DNA from: a virus
Lineage: Duplodnaviria; Caudoviricetes
Virus record (IMG/VR): IMGVR_UViG_3300031992_004562
Coordinates: 32,001 to 96,000 of that record
Direction: 5' to 3' (one strand)
Length of the DNA stretch: 64,000 nucleotides
Shown here: positions 1 to 11,826 of the stretch, one piece after another
Position numbering within the stretch: position 1 is the first letter of the stretch
Layout of the letters: each line of letters begins with the position of its first letter
Program-made: the position numbers and the translations under genes
The notes under the pieces: generated by a model
The model's database searches: none
What the model saw: only the letters and a program-made list of their open reading frames with translations
What the model was told of the DNA's origin: nothing

Positions 1-3000
1 ACCAATTATTATTATAGTTTGCATATATGTACTCAAACTTATTTACATCAACTTTAGGATCTAAATAAAGTGTTCCTTGAGGTGCTGTAACTTGTACACC
101 ATGTTCTATTATTGAATCATTAATTGCAGAATATAATAATTTATAACCTCCAATTGATTGATATATTGGGTAACGTGATTCCAAGTCATCTCCTGGTTCA
201 TATTCATCTGTGAACTTATTTGATATGAACATGCCTGTTTTCCTTTCACCAACTTTGACACGGAGGAATAGTTCCTCATCTTCATCAATTGTTTGTTGAT
301 GAGCAACTATTCTATTAATTGGATTTGCACCTATTGGTTTAAAAGCTAATCCTTGTATATCATCTTCATTTCCTCCAATTTGTACAAAAAACGCGGTGAA
401 TGGTAATAATATATAATCATCTAATAATTCTGATGCATAACCGCCAGCAGCTGCTTCATCAGCTGACCATTTTCTCCATGTGATAGGAATAACAGCATAT
501 CGCAAATTACGTTTTACTGATTCATTATCTAATATCCAATGTCCATTCCATTGTCCAGATAGTGTATCTTTTACCAATTTACCAATACTTATAGGTGTTA
601 TAATATCAGTTGTATCATTATCAGTAAATGGATTTCCAATTAAATTCCATCCTTTATGATTAGGCGCAAGATTATTATCATTGCAACCCCATGCACGAAG
701 TCCATGAATTCTTTTTGATGATGATTCTATATTTACAGAATCATTTGGAAATTTAAATTTATATGTTTTCATTTTATCACCATTTAAATCAACACCAAAT
801 AAGAATCCTTGTCCGGCACTAAATATGCTATCATAATTTACGTCTTCCCAACCATTTTTATGGTTAATTGCTCTAACTTGGCCATTATAATGTCTTATAA
901 ATACTTCAGAACCAAGTTTAATTAATTTTCCATTATTTTCTTTTATATTTGATACTTTATGATTTGTTGGTAATGTCATCCATCGCCAATCAGTTGCATC
1001 TGTACGTAATTCAAAGAAATAATTTGAATCATTAGATAAAATAATTTTACCATTATTTAATAAGTAAGGCACTATATTATTTTCTCTACGAAGAGTTAAT
1101 GAATTTATTTTATATTTTTTATTTTGTGGAACAATTAAACGAGCACCTGGGTAAACAATTACATTCCTATTTTTTAATGTATCATCTGTATTAACATTTA
1201 ATGAACTACCACTTAAAATAACAACATCACATGAGTCACAAACAGATTTTGATAATATTGGATATCCAGAACCAGATACAATAGAATCGGATTTTATAAA
1301 GATTGGAACTTTATATGTTTCTTCTTTTTCTGTATTATCTGAATATTTTAAAGTGAATTTCAAATCAGTACATGGTAATGAATCTAAATTATATTTTGAT
1401 AAATCAAATACAAATGTATATGAACTATCTGATGTAAGTACACCTGGTGTAGATAAATCAGTTTCATAAATTTGAGTAAATGAACCATAATAATTTCCAT
1501 AATCAAATGATCCTACATAATCAAAATTTTTGCATGTTGATGAATCATGTTTTATTACAGGAACGCCAATCCATTCTATTGGCAATGTTATAAAATCTGT
1601 TGTATTATATTTAATAGCAGTATCACCAGAATGAACAGTTGATTTACGAATAAGTAAACATAAATTTGTACCTATTACGTTACTAAATCCATTTATATTA
1701 TCTGCTTTATCTGTTATCCAACAATCTAAATCAATTGTATGTCCCAATGTGTCTTTTGGATTACTACCAGATGCATTAGTGTTGGATAAACCTGAAACAT
1801 TTATAGATGAACTATTTCCAGCACCTATAATATCAATTAAATTATTATTTTTAAACAATCCTATAGCATCATCTCCATTAAATTGCAAATTACCATTAAC
1901 AACACCACCACTCTATACACGTATGTAATTAGTAAATCCTCCTGTTTTTGAATAATTTGATATACATTCTACAACTTCATCTGTATTTGTGTCACTTGAA
2001 TAAGAATACAAAATAATTTCTTCATTTGAATGAATCCAACCTAATCCACTTAAATTATATGTTCTATCCCATGTTGTTTTTCTATCACCAGCTGCAGCTT
2101 TAATTACATAATTTGATAAACTAATAGAATCACTTGTTCCATTAAATATACCTAATAATTTAATTGTAGTTTCTGCTTCAAAATACTTACTAAAAAACAA
2201 TTCTGTTGCAATATTTTTAACATCATCTAATTTTTTATTCTCTATTGATACCGCAACAACGTCTTTATCATTTATATCTACTTTAATAAATGCAGTATCC
2301 CATACTACAATATCAACTATATTTTCTTCTGGTGTTGGTGGAGTTGGTGGTTCTTCTGAACAATCAGGAAGTGAAATATAGTACGTTGCGGTTTCTCCAT
2401 CTATTCTCTTGTATAATTTTACTAATCCTGAGGTTGGATTTGAATACGGCCTAAAATCAGACCCCCCATCCGCTATTTTCCTAGATGTAGTTCCAACATT
2501 TGTAATTGTTGTTGTCGTTAAAGTCCAAAGATATGAATTGCTAGAGGCAGTCGGCTCGACTGAATTTTTTGAAAAATTTGTACTGCTGTTATATCCAAGA
2601 TAATCTCCATTATTCGGGAACCTAATTGAATATTTATTAGAAGATACTTTTGTTATAGTAAATTCATAGTTTAAATATTCTATGTTACCTGGAGTTAGTG
2701 ATATTCTAGATAAATGATTATTATTATATCCACCATTAGCTGTAAAATTTCCAGTACTTAACAGATATTTTCCAGTCCAATCATCTGGTTCAACAGAAAT
2801 TGGTTCATATCTAGCAAACCCACTTCCTTCTTTCGTTTTAATATAAACAGGATATAGATCAATATTTCCTGTTGGCAAATAATTTCCAGAAGGGATTATT
2901 ATCGGTTGTGTTGATGTCCATTCTGTATTATTTGTTATGCTCCACCCAATAAATTCGTATCCTTCACATCCGTCTCTTGATGGTAAAATAACATCGCTGG

Positions 3001-3502
3001 AATAATCAGTTTGTGTTAATTCAGTGTTATCATCTTTTAATGTGACCGTGTATATACTTTGTATTTGGCTTGTATATGTAATTTCAATGCTTGACCAATA
3101 AGCAGCATTACTGCCGCGAGTTATTTTAAAATAAGTATTATTCCCGTTAACTGATATTGTCTGTGAGCCTGAAAAATTAGTCACATTTGTTGTTGGTTCA
3201 GAAGACGTTCCATAGTAAACTGTAGTAGGCCTTTCCATACCAGTATGTGTTATTTTAATTTGTGTAATTTTACCAGGGAATGCTGTACTATTATATATTA
3301 CACCAGTTGATGCCTTTGCTTGTATATCACTGCCATTTTTCATTAAATTTGAATAGATAAAAGTTACGCCATCTACTGTCTTTTCTGTGTTTGTTGTATA
3401 ACTACCAGTTAAACTTAATGAACTTTGTGTTAATGTAATAGTAGCACCCCACACTCCAATACTCATTAAGAGAAAAGATAAAAATAGAAGAATTTTTTTC
3501 AT
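1..3502 (-). CDS. Large secreted Bacteroidales-type surface protein (signal peptide, lamin-tail-like domain); runs off window start; one in-frame TAG at 1913-1915
   Basis: N-terminal MKKILLFLSFLLMSIGVWG signal peptide. Reading through the TAG gives SGGVVNGNLQFNGDDAIGLFK..IDIIG (lamin-tail-type motif), later HKGWNLIGNPF. The frame stays open to position 2. Confidence 0.75.
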
Positions 3503-3786
3503 ATGTTTTAATTTAATTTACTATATAAACAAAGAGAGAGCCTATATTCTTAACAAATATAGACTCTATAAATATGATATGTAGAATATTTCATTGCTCG
3601 TTCATATTTCTCTTTTATTATTTATTTTTATTCTAAAATTACTCCCAATTTAATAATTTTTTATACTCCATTATTTCTTCTGGAACATATTTCTCAGATA
3701 TCATTTTATTCTTTAATAATTCCATATAAAGATAAAAATCTTTAGGCATATGTTCACCAGTCAATAATTCATGCAGTGCATCCATA

Positions 3787-4020
3787 TCACCAAGATATTT
3801 TTATTCTAGCAACATCACCTTGTCCAGTGACAACAGTGAATCCATTCTCTCTAAGTTTGTCAATAACACCTTTGCTAAATAAATCTCTGTCAACAAAAAT
3901 ATAATTCAGATGTGCCCAATTAGCATCCCAAATCATATTAGATATTGCAAGTTCTTCTTCAGCCCAATCATTAAGATTAGCTAATACAGTTTCTTTTAAG
4001 TCTTCTTTCTTAGGTATCAT
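3787..4020 (-). CDS. hypothetical phage protein
   Basis: ORF in a tightly packed co-oriented cluster. Confidence 0.6.
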   Translation of the reverse strand: MIPKKEDLKETVLANLNDWAEEELAISNMIWDANWAHLNYIFVDRDLFSKGVIDKLRENGFTVVTGQGDVARIKISW

Positions 4021-4195
4021 AATATATCTCTTTATTTAATTATTATATCTCTTGAGTTTTTCCAATCTTCAATTCTTGCTTTTTCAGATTCCTTTATAGC
4101 CTTTTCAATACAATCATCATATTTTGACAATTCTTCTTGACTAATTTCTCCTACAATAGGATAATCTTCTATTTTCTTAAATTCTTCCATAATTT

Positions 4196-4429
4196 TTAAT
4201 AATTTATTATATTATACCGGTGTCGCCAAGCCGATCTTATAGGATGCAGTCTTTTAAGTGATTCTATATATTGTTGTGCATCTTCAATAGAGTCAAATCT
4301 TATGGCATCATTTATATCATCACTATATGGACATAAACTATTATGACCATCATAATAATTAATTTTAAATAGGTCATATGGAGAATAATCGCCTAAAATA
4401 CAATGTTCTATTATATAATACGTTTTCAT
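4196..4429 (-). CDS. hypothetical phage protein
   Basis: ORF in a co-oriented cluster. Confidence 0.55.
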   Translation of the reverse strand: MKTYYIIEHCILGDYSPYDLFKINYYDGHNSLCPYSDDINDAIRFDSIEDAQQYIESLKRLHPIRSAWRHRYNIINY

Positions 4430-4652
4430 TGTTTATCTAATTCTTCCATAATTATTAATGTTGTTCATATGGCCATATTGGGCATAATTGATTATAACCT
4501 CTAAGATTAGATCCTCGCTCTACTCCACTAACAAATGGACTCATTGGAGGATATTCATTTTTTATCCTCTCATATTCTTTGCGACGTTCATCTAAAAGCT
4601 CAAACATTTTTCCATCTGATATCATAGTCTTTATAAAATTTTTAATTGTTTA

Positions 4653-5138
4653 TTAGCTCCAATCATCATCTGTTGCAAATCTTAAACCCTCACCAGTAGT
4701 ATATTCCATTTTGCCAATAGGAATTCTATGAGGATATTTTTCTTGATTATTATCATAATCTTCACCATTGATAGCAGTTTCTGAATTATGATAAAGACAA
4801 TATCCAATTTCTTCATTAAAGAATTGGTCTACTGTAAATACCTTTCCTTCCTCATCAACAATTTCAACATCACTTCTAGACAAATAATCTCTAATAGATT
4901 TATAGTTATCTTCCCAAGGTGATATAATTTGTCCAGTATTCCAGAAACCTTCTCTTGTTTTAATATGAGGAACAAATTGGAATTGCCAACCAGAACTACG
5001 CTTACCAATATGGTATTGATGTTCTGCCTCATCAATTAATTTACGAAGTCTTTTAAGATCTTTATTCTCTAAAGCTTCTCTCATTTTTGCATATTCTAAT
5101 TTAGAAGGAATATGTCTTGCATAAAAATTCATTCCCAT
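4653..5138 (-). CDS. conserved-looking phage hypothetical protein
   Basis: MGMNFY..HIGKRSSGWQFQF..IVDEEG motifs typical of small phage proteins. Confidence 0.7.
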   Translation of the reverse strand: MGMNFYARHIPSKLEYAKMREALENKDLKRLRKLIDEAEHQYHIGKRSSGWQFQFVPHIKTREGFWNTGQIISPWEDNYKSIRDYLSRSDVEIVDEEGKVFTVDQFFNEEIGYCLYHNSETAINGEDYDNNQEKYPHRIPIGKMEYTTGEGLRFATDDDWS

Positions 5139-5139
5139 A

Positions 5140-5538
5140 TTATAATATTGTTATATCTTTTTTAATTTCCAAATTTTTAAATATATGTTGCAATTCATGA
5201 ACATATATCATTCCATTAAATGCTAAATTTAATATTATTTCATTATCATGATCAACCTTAATCTTATTGGTGTTTAGATCTACTTTTACACAATAACCAT
5301 AGATATTAAACCATTTGTACACATTATCTTTTCTAAGACTCATATCAATGTATGTATCATGAAAACCATTTTTTTCAAGAATATCATTTGTAAGAGGAAC
5401 TGGTTTAAGATCATAAGTCATTGCACTATGAAGTTTATTAGATAATGTACATCCATTATCATCTGTCAAACTCCGGATTTTATTAAGGTTATCATCAAAT
5501 AAAACCCAATCACCTATCATTAAATCTTCTGCAAACAT
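5140..5538 (-). CDS. YopX-like Bacteroidetes-phage protein
   Basis: EDLMIGDWV..PVPLTNDILEKNGF..YVHELQH pattern. Confidence 0.6.
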   Translation of the reverse strand: MFAEDLMIGDWVLFDDNLNKIRSLTDDNGCTLSNKLHSAMTYDLKPVPLTNDILEKNGFHDTYIDMSLRKDNVYKWFNIYGYCVKVDLNTNKIKVDHDNEIILNLAFNGMIYVHELQHIFKNLEIKKDITIL

Positions 5539-5692
5539 AATCTTAACATATTATAGGAAATACTCCATGAACATAAAATTGTAAATATTTCTTATCGCCA
5601 TTTGGCCTATCAATCAAATCCAAAAGCTTTTGATACATTTCATCATATGAACCTTTATACCATACTGGTGCAATACTCAAAGGTGGAATAAA

Positions 5693-5950
5693 TCAAATCT
5701 TATTTTCACGTGGTAAAAGTTCAAGTCCAAAGATCTTTGTATCCATTGGATTCATATCTTTATCTTTTTGAGTTTTTTCTCTCCAAACTATATCTTCATT
5801 CCAACGCATTCTCCAATAATGAATAGAACGAAGCCAATGTGATAAAACATCATAAGGATCATCAAATCCTAATTCTTTAATTTCTTTTCTGAATTTAGCT
5901 TGAAGATCCATTTCAAGTTTTTCATGTTCTGCTAAATTATTCCAATTCAT
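5693..5950 (-). CDS. hypothetical protein
   Basis: ORF abutting its neighbours. Confidence 0.55.
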   Translation of the reverse strand: MNWNNLAEHEKLEMDLQAKFRKEIKELGFDDPYDVLSHWLRSIHYWRMRWNEDIVWREKTQKDKDMNPMDTKIFGLELLPRENKI

Positions 5951-5955
5951 AATTA

Positions 5956-6546
5956 TTATTTTTTAAATCTCATAAAATATTCTGTTGTTAATGAATCAAT
6001 ATTATTATGGAAATTCTCCATATCTTTATATCGAAGCATTCTTCTAAATGTAAGTTCTCTATTAATTCTTGATGGGAATTCAATTCTTTCGCCATTTAGC
6101 ATTTTTATACAAAGCTTAACTTCTCTTATAGTCAATCCTTCATACTCATCAACCTGAACAAAATTAAATAATTGCTCATCTGAATATTCATTTTCATCAT
6201 CAAGAATTACATATTGATCTATTTCATTTTCATGCTTATCAATCCATCTTTGAATTTCTTCCCCTCTGTCATTTCCCATAGTATCAGTTACATCATAAAT
6301 AGAATTAACAAATATTGGGCAATCTGATACTATATCTTTTGATTTATGAAAATTAAATAGTTTATTTACAAACTCATCTTTATTTCGTGTTCCAACTCTC
6401 CATGAAGATGTCACAACAATTTTTGCACCAGTAGCAGATAATATTTCTTCTAATAGTGCAACTTTTTCTATGTCTAATTTCATTCCCTTTTCATGTGTAG
6501 AAATGACACCATCAAAATCAAGAAATATGATTTTTAATTTATTCAT
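5956..6546 (-). CDS. HAD-superfamily phosphatase (Swiss-army-knife RNA-repair type)
   Basis: IIFLDFDGVI, IVVTSSWR, RGEEI..W, YVILDD motifs. Confidence 0.8.
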   Translation of the reverse strand: MNKLKIIFLDFDGVISTHEKGMKLDIEKVALLEEILSATGAKIVVTSSWRVGTRNKDEFVNKLFNFHKSKDIVSDCPIFVNSIYDVTDTMGNDRGEEIQRWIDKHENEIDQYVILDDENEYSDEQLFNFVQVDEYEGLTIREVKLCIKMLNGERIEFPSRINRELTFRRMLRYKDMENFHNNIDSLTTEYFMRFKK

Positions 6547-7113
6547 TTAAAGCATTCTGCAAAGTTGTTCACCATTATATTCAAATAATCCATGTGGATA
6601 TTCAACTAGGTCTCCATTTTCATTAATTTCTATCTTTTCACCCCGGAAAATAAGATAGCAGCCTTTAAGATTCTTTTCTTTAATTTCTGCTCTAACCCAA
6701 TTAAACTCCAAATCAGAATTTGTTCTAATAATAAGATTATTCTCATTATCATATATTTCTACATATTCATTTACAGGACAATTAATTTTATCTATTATAG
6801 ATGAATATTTTGGCCATTGTTTAGGTTCAGACAAAGAACACATACATATTTCTGCCGTTATATGCGTATTTATATCAAATAATCCATTGGGCCAACCATT
6901 AATTCTGCCACATGAATCTATAGTATACTTTTTATTATTATATATAAGGTAACACCCTTCAATTTTATGTTTTGCAATTTGTAACCTAATATAATCAAAT
7001 TCTATATCATGTGAAGTACTACATATTTTAATATCATCTCTGTCATATATAGTTACAACAGGATTTTTTGGACATTTACTCATATCCAATATTGATCTAA
7101 GTAATTTACTCAT
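6547..7113 (-). CDS. protein made of two tandem ~90-aa repeats resembling the DUF3696 module
   Basis: CPKNPVVTIYD..IRLQIAKHKIEGCYLI..IDSCGRINGWPNGLFD repeated as CPVNEYVEIYD..VRAEIKEKNLKGCYLI..INENGDLVEYPHGLFE. Confidence 0.65.
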   Translation of the reverse strand: MSKLLRSILDMSKCPKNPVVTIYDRDDIKICSTSHDIEFDYIRLQIAKHKIEGCYLIYNNKKYTIDSCGRINGWPNGLFDINTHITAEICMCSLSEPKQWPKYSSIIDKINCPVNEYVEIYDNENNLIIRTNSDLEFNWVRAEIKEKNLKGCYLIFRGEKIEINENGDLVEYPHGLFEYNGEQLCRML

Positions 7114-7183
7114 ATGCTTTTATATATAAAATTTCAATTATTTTATTTAAAAATAAACAAAAGTTTCAAAAAATAAGAGAGAT

Positions 7184-7843
7184 TTAAGATTGTTTTTGTT
7201 TTTGTAATCGTCTTAAATCTCTCTTTTTGCATTTATATAGTCCATATCCTCCAGTTAATAATAGTAATAAATGTGGTGGAATATCTCCTATTGGGTCTAA
7301 GAATGGATCATTTGGATCTGGTGGTCCTCCTTTAGTAGTAGTCCATTCGTTAGCATTATTATATTTTCCAAATGTCATATCGCTTCTCCAACATTCTCGC
7401 CAATCAGTCAAACCAAAAAACCAACCTCTCCATTGAAGCCATCTTCCATCACCTTGGTTAACCCACCAGTCATTACCATCATATCTATAATTCCAATCTG
7501 GATTATCATTATCACCGCCTGGCGTATATGCAGTATCATTTCCATTATAAACAGGAATGCGTCTTAATCCGGGTTTACCCGCAGAATTTGCAGGTGTATA
7601 TGTTCCGCCATATTGACTATAACCACCATAACTAGATGTATAACCAATATTTGAATTTGTACACATAATTTTGCTAGCAGTATTAAATCTATCACCATTA
7701 CTATATGTGTTTATTCCACTTGCATATTCTACACGTGTATACCTATTATTAATATTAGAATATGCTGTGCTATATAAAGCATGACATTCTAAAATATTAA
7801 ATAATGCCAAAAATATGTTTAATATTATAAATTTTTTCATCAT
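7184..7843 (-). CDS. secreted protein with a C-terminal PIGD-TM-basic sorting signal (PID-CTERM/exosortase-target-like)
   Basis: N-terminal signal peptide; C-terminus DPFLDPIGDIPPHLLLLLTGGYGLYKCKKR. Confidence 0.7.
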   Translation of the reverse strand: MMKKFIILNIFLALFNILECHALYSTAYSNINNRYTRVEYASGINTYSNGDRFNTASKIMCTNSNIGYTSSYGGYSQYGGTYTPANSAGKPGLRRIPVYNGNDTAYTPGGDNDNPDWNYRYDGNDWWVNQGDGRWLQWRGWFFGLTDWRECWRSDMTFGKYNNANEWTTTKGGPPDPNDPFLDPIGDIPPHLLLLLTGGYGLYKCKKRDLRRLQKQKQS

Positions 7844-7959
7844 ACATTACAAAATATTAAAACCACTATGTGCTAGTAGTTCATAATTACAAAATTTTTA
7901 TTATTTATTAAAAAATATTTTATAACAAAATAACAAAAAGTTTATTTTTCTGTAAAATG

Positions 7960-7986
7960 AAACAAAATGGAAATTTATTTTATAAT
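7960..7986 (+). promoter_or_regulatory. AAAC-N17/18-TATAAT promoter-like motif (representative of at least 10 copies)
   Basis: Same spacing at 14319, 18284, 22758, 27733, 32740, 41509, 48111, 62451 (+) and 27700-27727 (-); 19-nt variant at 42374. All sit in intergenic DNA just upstream of a gene. Confidence 0.65.
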
Positions 7987-8044
7987 ATATGTTAGGTGAC
8001 CGAAAGCCTAATTATGTTTAACAAAATTAAAAAGAATTAAGAAA

Positions 8045-8548
8045 ATGGCAAAAAGTAAATTTACAAATCTTCCTGCATCGGAGCAGGATAAGTCGAACAC
8101 AGTTCGTTTTTATGATGACGCAAAGAGTGGTGTAACGGTATGTTCTTTGTATGACCGTTGGAATGATCGTACATTTGTAGCTCGGACACGAGTTCATGAT
8201 GTAGACCAATATGATCAGCAAACTGGCCGTGCAATTGCATTTAATAAGGCTCGCCGTAAGGAGTTGCTTAATGATATTGCAGAGCTTCAACGTGAACGTG
8301 AACTTATTACTCGTCGTTATGAGGCAATTATGAATCGCATTGATAAGAATGAGGGCCTTAAGCATATTTACCTTGCAGGTGTAAATGATGAGCTTAATGA
8401 GCTTATGGGTTATACTGATGCAGATGAGGATTGCAATGTATGTGATTTTGCTTCAGATGCTGATGAGCCCGTGGAGGCATAGGTTGTAGAAGAACCAAAA
8501 GAAGATGTATCTAAAATTAAATTGACACAATTTGCAAAAATTAAATAA
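8045..8548 (+). CDS. hypothetical protein; TAG at 8480-8482 read through to TAA at 8546-8548
   Basis: Read-through adds QVVEEPKEDVSKIKLTQFAKIK and ends 1 nt before the next ATG (8550). Confidence 0.7.
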
Positions 8549-8549
8549 T

Positions 8550-9014
8550 ATGGGAAATTTTGTCGAAGTTAATAAAGTGCTTGGAGAAAGTGTAGTTAAT
8601 ACATCTCATCTCCAATGTAGAGAAATGAGATTAAGACCAAGAGATTGGAATTATCAATCTGTTCGCAAAATGTTCTGTGACAATTTGAAGGCAAAAGGAT
8701 ATGATAAAATCATTAATGATGGAAGTTATATTATTGCGTCAAACGATAATGAGAAAGTCACATTCTATTTTGCGGCACACAGTCCTCAAAATAAAAACTA
8801 TTGTGTTTCAACAGTGTTGAAATATAAAGTTGATTATTTTGCTTTTTATAATAATAAAACAGATGTTGTATACACTGTTGGATATGGAATCGTAAGAAAG
8901 TATTGTAAATCTCTTAAAGATGCATACACATTCTATGATTATCGAAAACCTAAACTATTCATACCTGATAGTTGGGCACTCCAACAAAAGATTAATACAA
9001 TGTTGCTTTATTAA
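8550..9014 (+). CDS. hypothetical protein, possibly a degenerate PD-(D/E)XK fold
   Basis: ATG at 8550; VDYFAFYN..VYTV segment. Confidence 0.55.
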   Translation: MGNFVEVNKVLGESVVNTSHLQCREMRLRPRDWNYQSVRKMFCDNLKAKGYDKIINDGSYIIASNDNEKVTFYFAAHSPQNKNYCVSTVLKYKVDYFAFYNNKTDVVYTVGYGIVRKYCKSLKDAYTFYDYRKPKLFIPDSWALQQKINTMLLY

Positions 9015-9019
9015 AAATT

Positions 9020-9048
9020 AAAGGACTCTAAATTTAGAGTCCTTTTTT
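9020..9048. terminator. bidirectional intrinsic terminator
   Basis: aaaggactctaaatttagagtccttt between convergent genes. Confidence 0.8.
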
Positions 9049-9989
9049 CATTCTATATAAATTGGTCTTATTTTACCAGTTACTGCTGGAATTGATTCAT
9101 TATTCCAAACAATATATGAATTACATTTAACATTAAAAATAGAAGACATTTTTATTTTTGCTAAATATAAATATATTTTATCTTTAAGTTGATTGTTCTT
9201 AGGATTTTCTCTATAAAGTTCAGATGTCTAATATAAAGCAAGGTCTTCATATGGGAACCATATAAAATTAAGTGGGTCTTTTTTAGAAACTAATAAATAA
9301 CCAAGATCTGGCATATATTCATCAAGTTTAAGATGATATTGTTTTGTATCTGTGAATAATTCAAGAAATTGAAACATTGTTGGCGTTCTATAATGTTTAT
9401 CAACATTATATGCTGCATCATCTTCTAATTCTAGTTTAAAACTATTCTTAGATTTATCTTTAAACTATTTAATATAGGTGTTTTTGAGCTTTTCTGTTTT
9501 ATCCCCTCCAGCATCTGTTCTATTAGGCATAGTATCACCCCAAACATAATATGAACCATTTTCTGCATTAAATTGAATTCTATTAATAGTAAATACATAA
9601 TCCATCTTTTCAAGATTTTCAGTGCACCATAAAGTGCCAGATGGCAAATTAAGATCAACGTATTCTCTATAAAAAACATTTTTTAATTTTAGATAATCCA
9701 TTAATATATCAACTTCAACTTTAGATAATGGAAATCTTTCTAATAGGTTCTCTTTAAATAATTTTAGATTATCTTTATATATAATTAATGAATAATAAAA
9801 TTCTAATATAGCATCTTCGTGAAGAATTTTTGGAAAAATAATATGTTTGCAGAATTGAAGTTTTTCTTCTTCTCCTGTATCAATTATATCTTGTTTTTGA
9901 TTATCCTATTCATCATTAAAATCAAAATCATCTAATGCTAAACTAACACCTTTTCCTATTGAATCTATTATGTTTTTTGTTGATTTCAT
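9048..9989 (-). CDS. tag-A leader plus DUF1566/Fib_succ-like C-type-lectin-fold protein (recoded)
   Basis: MKSTKNIIDSIGKGVSLALDDFD leader; YVDLNLPSGTLWC, YYVWGD, EDDAAY, RTPT, KIRPI motifs; continuous through TAGs. Confidence 0.75.
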
Positions 9990-10069
9990 TAAAAATATTT
10001 AATATTTTTATATTTATCACTTATACATATATAAAATAAATAATAAAAAATAAAAATGCTTTAAGATAT

Positions 10070-11806
10070 ATGGCAAAAAAATTTGTAATTAGCTACAGTT
10101 TAGATAAAATATTTTTATCATATAATTTATCTGAGAGAACAGCAGTTCTAAAAGAATCTGAATCATATGATGAAAATTCAATAATTTATATTCATGATAA
10201 TGAATATGGAAACTGGATTTATGTTAAAGGACATTTATATGGAGTTGATTATGAGTTAAATAATAACTTAAGTTAGCTTGAGGAATTTATATGTGATCAT
10301 CATGAAACGCTATCTAAACAAGATGATAAGATAAGATATATTGAGGATTATACAAAGCTTAATGTTGAAGATCTTAGCACAAAAATTAGCACAGTTGAAT
10401 TTGATACTTAGATTCATCATCAAACAACATTTAATATATCAATTAATGAAAAGTATGATCATACATATTCATATGAAGTTACAAATAACTATGATTAGTA
10501 TTTATTAGAATATAATAGGTAGTTATCCAGATTGTTCAATCTTAAATTAATATCACTTGAAGAATTTTTTTATAAAATGCAATATTCAATAACGCCAGTT
10601 GTCAATTTAAATATTTTTCCATATGATTCATCAAGTATTCATGTAGATTGTGTGGCACTATTAATTAATTACATTTTTGATACTTCTGGCCAAGTTGGAA
10701 ACAGTTTCGGTCAAAAACTGCATATATTTGTGTAGGATGGAAAATATATAGTTTTTACACGAAAATTTGATAGTAATAATTTAGTATTTGAAGATTGGCA
10801 ACTTATTTCATATGGTTCAGGTGGAAATGTTGATCCAGAAATTATAGATAATATAAATTCATCTATTAATGAAATTAAAACCACATTTGAACAAACTGCA
10901 CAATATGTTGTTAATGAATTTAATAATGTTAACTCATCAATAAATGATATTAACACAAAATTAAATAATCTCAATCTTAAGTATTATGCTGGATAGAATA
11001 TTTCAATAAATGATAATAATGAAATATCTGCATTAGGATATATTTATGATAATGAGAAAAAATGTTTTATTGAAGGCCCTGGGTATTATATTGAATGGCT
11101 GGATGCTAGCAATGCATTAGATGTTGATATGAGAGTTGATATATCTGGATCTGCTGCTGCAACAACTTATACATATACTGGTGATAGTGAAAAAATTCAA
11201 AATTTTGAGAATAATATTAAGCATGTACAACCATATTATGACATATATTTAAAAATTTCAAACAATAGAATTGCACAATATGTTTCTAACAGTTTAGATG
11301 TTGAAAATAAAACATTTAATGTTGTACGATCATTTGATAATAATCAAGATATACATAAAGAGGATTTAGTATAGGTTGGTGGCAAATAGTCAATAAATAT
11401 TGACAATGTAAGTATAGGCACACATATTGAAGACACATTTAATACTGCACATGGTGAATATTCTCATGTAGAAGGCGTATTAAATGGTGCTATTGGATAT
11501 GCTTCACATGCTGAAGGATATGGCACAACTACAAATAATGAATCTGAACACGCTGAAGGAATTTCTAATGTGTCTCACAAAGCATCTGATACATATGGAG
11601 ATGCAGGTAACACTCAACATTCTATAGGCATAGATGGAAAAAATGCAATAGAAGTAATGCAGAATGGTGATATGTATTTGATTGGTGTTGGTGGATATCA
11701 AGGAACTGATACTAAAGCACAAGATCCAACAATTAAAACTCTCCAAGAATACATTGCATCCCTTGAAGAACGTATTGCAATATTTGAAGGAAATACAATT
11801 AAGTAA
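10070..11806 (+). CDS. tail fibre/spike-like protein, 578 aa (recoded)
   Basis: Four ORF-track fragments in one frame joined by TAG; AG(Q)NISINDNNEISA, SHVEG/SHAEG/EHAEG repeats, NAIEVMQNGDMY. Confidence 0.75.
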
Positions 11807-11826
11807 AAATTTTAATAAAATATTTT

